Of a stretch of DNA of 64,000 nucleotides, positions 1 to 10,664 are shown in pieces (the stretch's first letter is position 1; each line of letters begins with the position of its first letter). The translations under genes and the position numbers were made by a program. The stretch comes from an uncultured Verrucomicrobiae bacterium (GTDB lineage: Bacteria; Verrucomicrobiota; Verrucomicrobiia; Chthoniobacterales; JAATET01): positions 646-64,645 of the forward strand of contig CAVUDH010000015.1 of assembly GCA_963740185.1 (NCBI GenBank), in the 5' to 3' direction. The notes below the pieces were generated by a model that was given only the letters and a program-made list of their open reading frames with translations, was not told the DNA's origin and did not search any database.

Positions 1-1374
1 GTCTTCGGCGTTCCCCATCGGCACGTGCGCACGGCAGCCCCGCGAGCTTGCGCGGGATCGATGTCGATCCCGAGCACCGACTCGCCGCGGGTGTGGAGGT
101 CTTTCGCCATCCGGCGACCAAGGGTGTTCATGCCGACGATGATGACGTGGTCCCCGCCATCCGGTCGGTCGCGATCTCGGTATCCTCCTCTGCGCCCCAA
201 ACGGACGCAACGCCCACGCCGTGATCGCCCGGTCGAATTGGATGGCAACGACGACGCCGAGATAGTCCGATCAGGCCCACCAGCCCCGCGAGCGCCACCA
301 GTTCCTCGTCGACCAATCCCACCGCGAACGCCAACGCCAGGAACAGGAAGGAAAACTCACTGATTTGCGACAGCGAGATGCCGGCGAGGAGAGCCATCCA
401 GCACCATCTGGAATCGCAAGATCCGCACGATCACTGCCACGACGAGGGGTTTCACCAGCAGCGCCAGACGCGCTCGCCAGCCAGGCCATCGGCCATTGCG
501 GCGAGCGCATCGCCGAGCTCCGTCCCCATTCCCAGCGTCACCGAAGAAGATGGCGATGAAGAACCCCGTCAGCGGGATCACGCGCCGTGCAGGTCCCGGT
601 TGTATCGGCAATTGCGCCGAGACTGATCCCGGCCAGAAAGCCCCAGCCTCGTGCGACAAATGGAAGACGTGCGCCGCGCTCACGAGGAGAAAACGCCACG
701 CCAGACTCCAGATGAGCGAACCTGCGGCGATCGCGCTGCGCTCGTGAACAGGGGCGGCAACACCCACCTCCCGGCGACAAACACCACGACCAGCAGCACC
801 CCCAGTCCACCCAACGCGACGCCCAATCCCTTCGCGATGTGGGCCAATTCAAAACTCCCCCCGCCCTTCAGTCCCGCCAGCAGTGTGAGCAGCACGATGA
901 CGAAGCGATCCTGCGACGAGGAGCTCCCACCGCGATCCGACCGTGAACGAGTCCGTCGCCTTCTTCTCGTCCAGCAACTTGATCAGCCACGACCGTGCTG
1001 CTCAGCGTGAGGGCCACCCCGAAGAGGCCGCTTCCAAGGCCCCGAATTCCAGCAAGTTCGCCACCCAAATCCCGCCGCCAACGTCACGCCGACCTGACCC
1101 ACGCCCGCGAGCACCCCGACCTTCCCGAGCACGCGGATCTTTTCCACGTTCATCTCCAGACCGACCAGGAACAGCATCAGCGCAATGCCCACGTGCGACA
1201 CCGTCTCGAGCGATTCCGAGGTGCCACCAGCCCGGTCGCCGGGCCCACCGCCAGTCCCGCCACCAGATACATCACGATGGTCGGAATGCGCAGCCGCCCG
1301 CCCGCGAAGGAAAATACAAACGCCGCGATCACGATGGTCGCCAGCGCTTTCAGAAATTCGCTCCCGACCTCCAT
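1..1374 (-). pseudogene. Kef/CPA2-type cation:proton antiporter with C-terminal TrkA-N-like domain; 3' end runs off the window start; frame broken at least 5 times
   Basis: Minus-strand pieces in different frames (ORFs 1177..1485, 983..1384, 868..1068, 680..895, 128..397) read MEVGSEFLKALATIVIAAFVF, HVGIALMLFLVGLEMNVEKIRVLGKVGVLAG, ALTLSSTVV, LLTLLAGLKGGGSFELAHIAKGLGVALGG and ISLSQISEFSFLFLALAFAVGLVDEEL. HVIIVGMNTLGRRMAKDLHTRGESVLGIDIDP (Rossmann/TrkA-N-like) follows at about 40..135. Confidence 0.7.
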
Positions 1375-1602
1375 GGGCCGCCACGCTGACAGACGAAAAT
1401 TTTCACCGCAACCCCGTAGCGGCGGGCTTCCGGACTGTCGGGGTATCGGGCAGGCTCCACGTCGACCGGCTACGCGTTCCCACACTCGGCCGCATCGAAG
1501 TGACGGTAGACGCGGAGGTAACGATGATCGGCCCTGGGCACCGCGTCACCCACGCGCACGTCGCTAAAGAAGTCCGGCGGATCACCTTGATACATAAAAT
1601 TT

Positions 1603-3144
1603 ATGCACTCCCGCCCTCTCGACACGATCATGAACGAACCACATCTCCCCCACGTGCCCGGTCGACGCCGGGTTCCGCTCAGGACGAAGGTCATCTGGGG
1701 TTTCGGCGGAATGGCCGACAACTTCATGTTCAACACGCTCACGGCGCTGGGCACGTTGGTTTACGTGAATCACTTCGGCCTCACGCCGGCGTTGGCCGGA
1801 CTCGCGCTGGCCCTGCCGCGGTTGATCGACGCCTTTACCGATCCGTGGATCGGCAACGTCTCGGACAATCTGAAAACCCGCTTCGGGCGAAGGCGACCGC
1901 TCATGTTTTTTGGCGTGATCGGGTGCGCGCTGCTGCTGCCCCTGCTGTGGACGCCGCTGGGCGCGGAGACGGCGCAGATCCGTGGTTCAGCAACATCCCG
2001 TTCTTTTACATCGTGATGATCGGCAGCCTGCTGGCCGTCGCTTACACGCTCTTCGTCGTGCCCTACACCGCTCTGGGCTTCGAACTGTCGTCGGATTACG
2101 ACGAGCGGACCCGCGTGATCGTTTGGCGGATGTATATCGGCCTCATCGCATCGGTCGCGGCGGGGTGGCTGTTCCGATTGGCGGCGGCGGACATGTTTCC
2201 GGATCTCGGAGCGGGTGCGTTCTGGGTGTCGGTGGGCGTGGCTGTAATCGTGTTGATGTCGGGGATGATTCCCGTCTTCGGCTGCCGTGAGGACCTCGAA
2301 GCGGAGAAGCAGGAGTCCATCCGACTGATCCCGGCGATCAAATACACGATGACGAACAAGCCATTCGTCATTCTCTTCGTCGCCTACACGACCATCATCG
2401 TCGCGCTGTTCGTGTCGCAGAAGCATCGCACCGCTGCTGATTCAACACTACGTTTACCAGGGCAGCACCAAGGCGATTGGGAACTTTCAAGGCTGGCTCA
2501 TGACGCTCGCCGTCGTGCTCTCCTACGCGAGCATGTTTCTGATCACGTGGATTTCCACGCGCCGCAGCAAGCGGATCGCGATGGTCGTCGGCCTCTCGAT
2601 CGTGCTCGTCGGCACGGTCGTGAATTACTTCGCGATCGATCCGCGCTGGCCGTGGATGATGTTCGTCGCCGGCGGCATCACGTTTCTGGGACTTCAGGGG
2701 TGCTGGTTGATGATCGACTCGATGGTCGCGGACGTCTGCGACGACGATGAATTGGCGACCGGTCGTCGGCGCGAGGGAATGTTCAGCGCGGTGAAGGGCT
2801 TCGCGCTCAAGGCAGCGCAGGCGATCACCTTCGGCATCGGCGGCTACATGGCGACGGCGGTCGGCTACGATCCCGCGGTGGTCGATGCGGCCGGATTGGA
2901 TGAGGCGACGGCGATGCGGATGAAGTTGGCGCTGGTCGGTTTCCAATCGCTCGGGCTTGTCCTCTCGATCGGCCTCGTCTGGCTCTACCCGATCAGCCGC
3001 GCCCGCGCCGCCGAGACGCAACGGCTACTGGAGGAGCGGGCCTCGGGGTCTCGGACGACGATCCGCCGGATTCGGTCACGACACAATTGCCGTGATCCAA
3101 GGTCCGATGACCGCGGATGGCGGATTTCCTCTTGCCATACGTAA
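1603..3144 (+). pseudogene. GPH-family (glycoside-pentoside-hexuronide):cation symporter, MFS superfamily; two frame changes (about 1975 and 2420)
   Basis: Three frames join into one transporter. The pieces are VIWGFGGMADNFMFNTLTALGTLVYVNHFGL..RLIDAFTDPWIGNVSDNLKTRFGRRRP, then PWFSNIPFFYIVMIGSLLAVAYTLFVVPYTALGFELSSDYDERT, then MIDSMVADVCDDDELATGRRREGMFSAVKGFALK. This is the typical MelB/GPH signature layout. Confidence 0.75.
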
Positions 3145-4667
3145 CGTTCAGTTTCAGCTTACCTCTTCCTCTTCCCGATCATGCCGACGTAAAAGTCATC
3201 TCTCACATCCTTCTCGCTTTCTCCCTCGGATCCGCGGCTCTCGCCGCCGACGACGGGAGGAAGCCGAACATCGTCGTCATCTTCACCGATGACTGGGGGC
3301 ACGGGGACGTCGGCGTGCACGGGGTGCTGGACGACATCAAGACACCGCACCTCGACCGTCTGGCGAAAGACGGGGCACTCTTCACGAATGGTTACGTCAC
3401 CTCGCCGCAGTGTGCCCCTTCCCGGGCAGGCCTGATCACCGGTCGCTATCAGGCGCGGTTCGATTTCGACTTCATCGGCTTGGGCCCACTGCCCCTTGAA
3501 GAGATGACCATCGCGCAGCGCCTGCAGAAAGCCGATTACGTGACCGGCATGGTCGGCAAGTGGCACCTGGAGCCGACTGCGCCGGACGTGCGTTGGGCGT
3601 CGGACCACCATCCGGAACTGATCGAAAATGGCCGCATCGTCAGCCTCCCGTATGAGGCCATCGCACCTTATCTCCCCGGGAAGCGCGGCTTTCAGGAATT
3701 CTATTGGGGGTTCCACAGCCCCTATTTCACCAACTTCGACCGCGAGGGCCGGGATCGCACGAAGGAAGGCAAGTGGGAAGCCACCGAAGACTATCGGATC
3801 GCGGTGAAAACCGAGGCTGCGCTTGCGTTCATCGAGCGAAACAAAACCAAACCATTCTTCCTTTACGTGGCCTACGCCTCACCGCACGTCCCGCTGGAGG
3901 CACCGAAGGAATACCTGGACCGTTTCCCCGGCGAGATGCCCGAGCGCCGTCGCTACGCACTGGCGATGATGGCCGCCATGGACGACGGGATCGGCGAGAT
4001 CGTCGCCGCACTCGAAGCGGCGGACTTACGGAAAACACGTTGATCGTGTTTGCGAGTGACAACGGAGCGCCTCTGGGAACGCAACTCGGCGAGCGCTTCG
4101 GTGACGTGATGCCGCTCGATACGAAAACAGCCCACTGGGACGGATCGCGAAACGATCCTTACAGCGGCGAGAAAGGAATGCTCGCAGAGGGCGGCATTCG
4201 CGTGCCGTTCGTCATGACGTGGCCCGGGACCATCCCGGCAGGACAAAGGATCAACTCTCCCGTCATCACCCTCGACATCGCCGCGACGGCGAATGCGATC
4301 GCCGGATTGCCGGACGATCCGACTCTGGACGGAATCAACCTGCTGCCGTATCGTCACGGAAAACGCGGGGAAGCGCCGCAGCGGGATTTGTTCTGGAAGT
4401 TCTGGGCGCAGGCGGCGGTTCGCTCCGGCGACTGGAAACTGATCGAGGTCGAGGGCCAATCGCTGCTATTCGACCTGGCGAACGACGCCGAGGAAACACT
4501 GAACTTAGCGGAAAAGAATCCTGAAAAGGTCGCCGAACTCCGGGAGAAACTCATCCTGGGCCGAGCAGATGCAGCCGCCCGGCGTGCCGGATCGGGACGC
4601 GAACGGGCAGGAAGAGATCTGGTTTGACCACTACTTCGGGCTGGATTTGAAGGGCTCGAGGCGCTAG
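3117..4667 (+). pseudogene. Formylglycine-type sulfatase (canonical C-A-P-S-R); frame changes near 3190, 4020 and 4555
   Basis: PNIVVIFTDDWGHGDVGVHG and SPQCAPSRAGLITGRY in the first frame; TENTLIVFASDNGAPLG..GGIRVPFVMTWPG in the second; WAEQMQPPGVPDRDANGQEEIWFDHYFGLDLKGSRR-stop (4667) in the third. The likely true start is ATG 3181 (MPT.KVISHILLAFSLGSAALAADD signal peptide), with an indel in the aaaa run at 3191. Confidence 0.8.
3139..3148 (+). promoter_or_regulatory. ACGTAACGTT motif copy, 33 nt upstream of the probable sulfatase start (3181)
   Basis: Reads ccatACGTAACGTTcag. The same core ACGTAACG recurs at 13142..13149, 15205..15212 and 17028..17035 (see findings). Confidence 0.3.
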
Positions 4668-4842
4668 CCCGCGTCCGCCCACCTCCGAGGGCAGCAAATC
4701 ATCTCAGCATCGGCGAACGATTTCAAAATACCCCAATTCTGATTGACATACATAACCTTCCGTGTATTTTCTCATCGCACGTGGCTGCCCGACCCGAAGT
4801 GTCTGTGGCACAACCCCCATGCCTCAAACTCAGACTCCAGAA

Positions 4843-5795
4843 ATGAAAATGCTCCCCATCCTCCGAATTCTCCCCGTTCTCTCGATCGGGTTCCTTGCCA
4901 CTACTGGCTCTGCCTCCGCGCAAACTAAATATGACGGAGGTCCAACCGGGACCGGCACAAACTACCTGACGCCCGAAAACTGGGCTAGTGATTCCGTTCC
5001 ACTTGGGACGGATATCGCGGTGATTGATGAGAATTTCACCACGTCTCTTACCGGTGCCGCTGGAGCGAATCGACTCGTTTTGGGCAATAATGCTGCGATG
5101 ACCGTGGCGTCTGGCGGGACGATGACTATCGGCGCCGCAGACCTCTACCTTGGAGCGAGTGGAGTTGCGGGGGTCACGGACGGGGGCGACGCGTCGCTGA
5201 CCGTGTCTCCGGTGGAACGTTGACTGCCCAGCGTCACACCTACATCTCATCGCAGAATCCTTTTGGCCGCAACGCGACGCTGACTCTCAACGGTGGAACG
5301 GTCACTGCGACGGATCGCTTTTGGGTCGGTAACGCCGCAGTCAACGATGCAGTTACCGGAACGGTTTCCGTGAACGGATCGACCGTGAATTGGACAACGG
5401 CCTCCGCTCGACATGAATCTTGGGCGGCGGCAACGGTTTCGCCACCATCAACTTCACCGCCGGATGCTATGGGCGTCAGCACACTATCCGCAGTTGCCCT
5501 GACTCTTGGCGGCGCGAAGGCGACACTGAACGTCGACTTCACGGGATATTCCATCGCAGGTTCGTCGACTCTGAATCTCTTCAATTATTCGGGAGCTCTG
5601 TCGGGGACTTTTGGCACGGTCAACTTCATTGGTCTCGGTGCGGGCGAGTCCGCTTCGATCGACTACGGCACGGGATTGAACAGCGTCATCTCGGTCACAG
5701 CAGTGCCGGAGCCCAGCACTTACGGCCTGATTCTGGCGGCGGGAGCGATCCTTGTCGGCCTGACCCGGGCGCGCTCGAAGCGGCGCTCGGCGTAA
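4843..5795 (+). pseudogene. Secreted PEP-CTERM sorting-domain protein (parallel-beta/passenger-like); about 3 frame changes (5215, 5405, 5460)
   Basis: Signal peptide MKMLPILRILPVLSIGFLATTGSASA. C-terminus is VTAVPEPSTYGLILAAGAILVGLTRARSKRRSA (PEP motif + TM + basic tail). Paralogous along its length to 14322..15186. Confidence 0.75.
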
Positions 5796-5815
5796 TCGGG
5801 AAATCCTCGACCTTC

Positions 5816-5856
5816 AAGAGGCGGCTGGGTTCGATCCAGGCCGCCTCTTCTGTTCC
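5816..5856 (+). terminator. Putative intrinsic terminator hairpin after the PEP-CTERM gene
   Basis: AAGAGGCGGC (5816..5825) pairs with GCCGCCTCTT (5840..5849) around a 14-nt loop. It is followed by a T-containing tract (ctgttcct), not a clean U-run. Confidence 0.4.
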
Positions 5857-6052
5857 TGCCCCCGCTGGATAGATCGGGTGACTGGTTGCCGGTGCCAGCG
5901 GGCCAACAATCAGACCCGCCATAAGATTGGTCGACCCACGTTGCACCAGGCGACATTGCTTGCGAAAATCCCAGAGACGATATACATATCGTTTAATAGA
6001 CATTGAAGAGATCTTGGTGTCTTCCCTTCTTCAGATCCCATCCCCCCGAACA

Positions 6053-6838
6053 ATGAATCTCAGATCGTCATTCTCTTTTCCGCCCGTCAAGTCCAGCGAA
6101 AGAGCCTTCACCCTCATCGAAATACTCGTGGTCGTTTCGATCATCGCGATCCTGGCGTCTCTGATTTTTGCGAGCGGTAAGCGGAATACAGAAGAAGGCC
6201 GTCGCCGCGAAGTGCCTGTCCAACATGAAGAGCGTGGTCACGGCGGCACATCTTTTCGCGAATGACAACGACGGAAAGCTGCCTCCGCTCTACACGGCGA
6301 AGGCGATCTTTCCGCAGCAGGCCGCCGATTCGAGATCCGGTGGCCATCGGTGCCGGCGTGCTGGCGTGGCCGGATATCCTCAGCGCCTACGGTTGCGAGG
6401 CGGCCCACGTGTCGTGCCCGGCTCTGCACACGTCGGCCACGCCGGGCGACGGGGGCATTTCGAGCACCAAGAGCCCTCTGGGGATCGGCATCAATTTCCC
6501 GAGCCTGGCTTCGATGTGGGTGACGCCGTCGGCGTTCGAGCGACAGATGCGGATCGGACGACCATCGAAGACTGTTTATTTCGCCGATGCGGGCGGCGGG
6601 CCGAAGCTCCGGCGGGCCGTTTGATAAACGAGAAGATACGCCGGGCCGGGGGGCCACGTTTTTCCGGGGCGCGCGTGACGAAGGAGTCAATGTGATGCCG
6701 CGGCATTCCGGGAAGGCCAACGTCGTATTCGTCGACGGGCACGCCCTCGCCGTCGATCCGAACGACATCGACTGGGGACCGCGCAATCCCTCGTTCACCG
6801 ATGCCATTGGTTGGAGCGACGCGACGGCGGAACGTTAG
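6053..6838 (+). pseudogene. Prepilin-type N-terminal cleavage/methylation domain protein, DUF1559 / H-X9-DG family; about 3 frame changes
   Basis: N-terminus AFTLIEILVVVSIIAILASLI. Then KKAVAAKCLSNMKSVVTAAHLFANDNDGKLP. C-terminal RHSGKANVVFVDGHA has the exact H-X9-DG spacing. Confidence 0.8.
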
Positions 6839-6853
6839 CCGACCTCTTATGTT

Positions 6854-8361
6854 ATGAAAATTCATCCCCACCTCCGCACCGTGATGTGTTCCGCGGGATT
6901 CCTGGTACTCCTGTCTTCCGGTCCGTTTTCCAGCCAATGCCCAGACGGACACTCTCGCCGGATAACGTGGACGGTGATCAGCCGGAAGTGGCCATGCCTG
7001 ATCCGGAACTTACTGCCAATACATTTAAGCCCAGTCCGAAGTCCTCCGATTCGGCGGCGCGGGCGAACGTGCGCCACCCCGCCATTCAGTCCGGCCTCGA
7101 AATCACTCCCTCTCCGGAAGGCGTGAAGGTCGCGGCGGGGTCGCTCGAGTTGAACGGCAACGAAATCGCGGTGGAGGGTGTCATTCTCGAGGTAAAATCC
7201 CCGCCATCGCTGCCCGTGAAGGGCCAGGCGATCCGGCTCTCCAAAGCACCCTTCGACGAGTGGAAGAGCCGGACGCTGCTCGCGGGACAGCCGCTGGGCA
7301 TGAAGAAGTGATGCCCGGATCGCTCATTTCAGAAAGCGTCGAGATCACGACCAGCGACGGTCGGAAGCTGGTGGCGGGGAAGGATTTCGTTCTCGATCCG
7401 GCGTGGAACGCCGTGGCGTTGACGGCAGCCACCGACTTTGCGGAAGGGCCGGGCTACACCGCCGACTACCAACTCGGCCCCCGGCGGGTCGATGCGGTGT
7501 GCGTGTCGAAGACGGGCGAAATTTCCTTGCGCGCCGGGGAAGCCGACCTGGCGTCGCCGCCCGTTCCCGAAGCCGCTGACGGAGACATCGTGCTGGCTCA
7601 CGTCTACTTTCCCGGCGGCGACGTCTCGGAGGTCCAGCCGGAGAACATTTTCCCCGTGGGCGACCCATCGCCGGATGCCCGACCGGAACTTGCGCTTGAG
7701 CGATTGGAGAAGACTCGCGCGAAACTCGAGAGTGGCGAACCGGTCACCATCGTCTGCTGGGGGGATTCCGTCACCGTCGGCGGCGACGCGGAGCCCATGG
7801 AGGAGATGCGTTACTCCGCCGTCTTCGAGCGGGCGCTCCGGCAGCACTATCCGAAGGCCCGCGTGGAAACGATCGCCAAGGGCGCTTCGACGAATGCCAT
7901 GTGGTTCAATCCGAAGCACGATCTCTCGAAGCGATGGAAGGACATCGAGGCGGCGAAGCCGGACCTGGTGACGTTGGAGTTCGTGAACGACTCGTATCTG
8001 ACGAAATGGCCGCAGTTCAAAAATCAGTATGACCGGATCCTCCAGAAAGTGAATGCGATGGGCGCGGAACTCCTGCTGATCACGCCGCATTTTACGATGA
8101 TGGAGAAGATGGGGCACCAAGACCTCCGCGGAGCCGGAGTCGCGACCCTACGTCACCCATCTCCGCCGATTCGCCGACGAAAATAACGTGGCGCTGGCCG
8201 ACGCTTCGAAGCGCTGGGAGCAGCTCTGGCGACAGGGTATTCCGTATGAGATTTATCTTAAGAACGGGATTAACCATCCCGACAATCGCGGCCATCAAAT
8301 CTTCGCCGATGCGCTGATGGAATGGTTCGCCGGAAGGCGGCGAAAAGCTACAAGTAGCTAA
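6854..8361 (+). pseudogene. Secreted SGNH/GDSL-family hydrolase with an N-terminal beta-rich domain; about 3 frame changes (6935, 7300, 8140)
   Basis: Signal peptide MKIHPHLRTVMCSAGFLVLLSSG. Block I is VTIVCWGDSVTVGG; then TLEFVNDSY. The last frame gives NGINHPDNRGHQIFADAL (DxxH block V) and stops at 8361. Confidence 0.7.
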
Positions 8362-8370
8362 AAATGCAGG

Positions 8371-8460
8371 GGCCTCACGCGGAGGCGGAGAGACGCAGAG
8401 GGAAGGATGTTTCGATTTTGCGTGAAATTCTCCAAGCCTCTGCGGCTCTGCGCGAGATTC
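8371..8460. repeat. REP-like palindromic intergenic element, copy 1 (between convergent gene ends)
   Basis: ggggcctcacgcgg..GAGAGACGCAGAGG..(loop)..CCTCTGCGGCTCTGCGCGAGATtc. It shares GGGCCTCRCGC, AGAGACGCAG and TCTGCGCGAGAT with 28930..29001. Confidence 0.6.
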
Positions 8461-8467
8461 GGAATCA

Positions 8468-10664
8468 TTAGCACGAGGTGACGGAAAACAGCCCGTGCGA
8501 GCGTTCGTTGGGGACGACTTGGAAATACTCGTCCAGAAATGCCTCAGGGTTCGCCGCCAGGACCTCGCGCGCTTTCCCAATGGCCTGCCCCCCATCGCCC
8601 GCGCCCTGCGTGCCCCACGGTTGATCGCCGTAGGTGGCCAGCGCGACGGCAGTTCGCGCGGCGGTGCCATGGGGTTCGAGCGCGACCTGCCAGGTCGCGT
8701 CGGACGGGATTCGCTCGGTGCCCTCGGGCGTGGCGATTTCGATCATCGCGCAGCAGGCGGGGCGTTCGTAGAGCGAACCGGCCTTGAAAATTTGCAGCGT
8801 GACGGTGTTTTCGCCTTCGCGGAGAAGCGGACCGATCTCCGCCCGATAGGGCGGTGGACCGTCGCCGAACATCTCGACCCGCTGCCCATTGACCCATGCC
8901 CGCACGAGTCGGTCGGAACTCGTACGCCGTGAGCCGGGCCTGCGCCGGGCCTGCGGCGGACTGCGTCTCGAAGGTCCGCGGAGAAGTATCGCGATGCCCA
9001 CGGGAGGTTCGACTTGAAGGTAGTCGCGTCCTCCCAGATCCATTGCGCTCCCGCAAGCGCGTCGGCTCCTTGTTCGGCGAATGCCTCACGTTGATTCTCG
9101 TGGTCCTCCGCGAGCAGTGTCGCGAGTTCGTCGATCAGGAATTTCGGTAGCGCCTCGCCCGACTGCCGGGTCGTCCGCAGCAGGCTCGCGAGATTCGTCT
9201 CGCGCGCGTGCAGCCGGTAGGCGCGGACTCGACGGAGCAGGTGGTGGGTCTCGCGGATGCTGGCCTCGAAAGATTACCCGATGGCTGGGGGAGATCCGAT
9301 CGATCACGGGCTCGAGTGCCTCGAGCGCCTGCTCGATTCGCTTCTCCGCAAAGCCGAAGCGAAGCTGGACGTCCTCCAGCATCCACGGGTGCGGCGGCGC
9401 GTCGTCGTTCTTCATGAAGATCGCGCGTCGGGTCGATTCCCAGGATGGGGTGGGGACCTGCGCACCGCGCAAGCCGGCGGCGGTGAGGGCATGGGAGACA
9501 TCGGACGTCCCGAACTCGCGCAGATACCAGGAGAGGTCCCACGGAAGAAATTCCTGGGCTTCGCTGAAGAGGCGCCACGCTTCGATCGACGGCGTCGGCA
9601 GCGTCGCCGAAGGGTGCCGCCAAGTCCCGGACGATGGTGGCTTCAGTGATCTCCTCGTCCGCCATCATGGCGCGCGCGCCGGCCGAGAGGTTAGCGTCCC
9701 ATTTGGTGGGGTTTAGCCCGTAGTATTCCTTGATACCAGTGACACCAGGCACGCTGGCAATCGTCCGCACTTGGCGGATCACCGCGTGAGGGTGCATCGA
9801 GATATTGATAGGGTTCGAGCTCCTCACTCATTGCTCCGAGGAAGCTCTCGACGAGGACGGGGATGTTTTTCTGGCTGGCGAGGCGGACGGTGTTTTTCAG
9901 CCAACGGTCGACGGGCAGAGTGAGCATGGTTTCCGCGACGTTCGGATGGAGGTCGAGGCCGAGGCCGAACGACTCGAAATCGGTCGACGCATTCGTAGAC
10001 CTGCCCGGCGGACAGTTCCCACGGCGACCACCAGAGCCATCCGTCGGCGTGGACGCCCGCCATTCGTCCGCCAGAGCCGCGACGAAGGGGACGACTTGCT
10101 CGGCGAGGGTGTGGCCGCGGGTTTTGGCGCAGGTGCCAAACTCGCTCGTGACCCAGGCGTCTTGGTCGTAGGTGTAGACGAGAATGTCGTCGACGCCGGG
10201 AAAGTCGGCGTCGAAGGCCCGGATCATCTCGCGGTAGTATTGAGCGTGGTCTCGGGGTCGAGCAGGCTGCGGGGCTGGGGTCCGTCGAAGTCGGTGTCGA
10301 TGCCGTATTGCGCGTTGAAGGGCGCGCCGAAGTGGAAAATGGTGCGCAGGCCCAGGTCGCGGCAGAGCGCGATCCGGTGGGTCAGTTGGGCTCGGCGTTC
10401 GTCGCGCCGCTCGGGGACGCTGCGCGGCGGGAGGTCGGGCTGGTTCGAATTCCGCGAGGCGGGCGGGCGGAAGCGACACGAGGTCTTCGAGATTGAGGGG
10501 TTCATCACCGGGTCGACCGCCCCAGGCGACGTTGAGCTGGACGGTGTTGAACCCGAGATCGCGGAGTCGGGTGAGATTGTCCTCGTTCCATTCGACGTCG
10601 GGATGCGAGGGGCAGTCCGACGAGTGGCGACTCGGTATCGAAAGGGCTAGGTGGAATGGGTCAT
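8468..10664 (-). pseudogene. Glycoside-hydrolase-like protein (TIM-barrel-like N-terminal part, C-terminal beta-sandwich sugar-binding-like domain), family unassigned; at least 6 frame changes
   Basis: Fragments: HPDVEWNEDNLTRLRDLGFNTVQLNVAWGG; RIALCRDLGLRTIFHFGAPFNAQYG; YYREMIRAFDADFPGVDDILVYTYDQDAWVTSEFG; DGWLWWSPWELSAGQVYECV. The C-terminus is WIWEDATTFKS..VRAWVNGQRVEMFGDGPPPYRAEIGPLLREGENTVTLQIFKAG. The ATG at 10664 overlaps the upstream stop (ATGA). Confidence 0.45.

Noticed and set aside
1185-2750. 521-aa plus-strand ORF taken at face value as one gene
   Set aside because: It is chimeric. Only the middle third (about 1975..2420) is in frame with the GPH transporter. The 5' part is antisense of the Kef gene region and the 3' part is out-of-frame transporter sequence.
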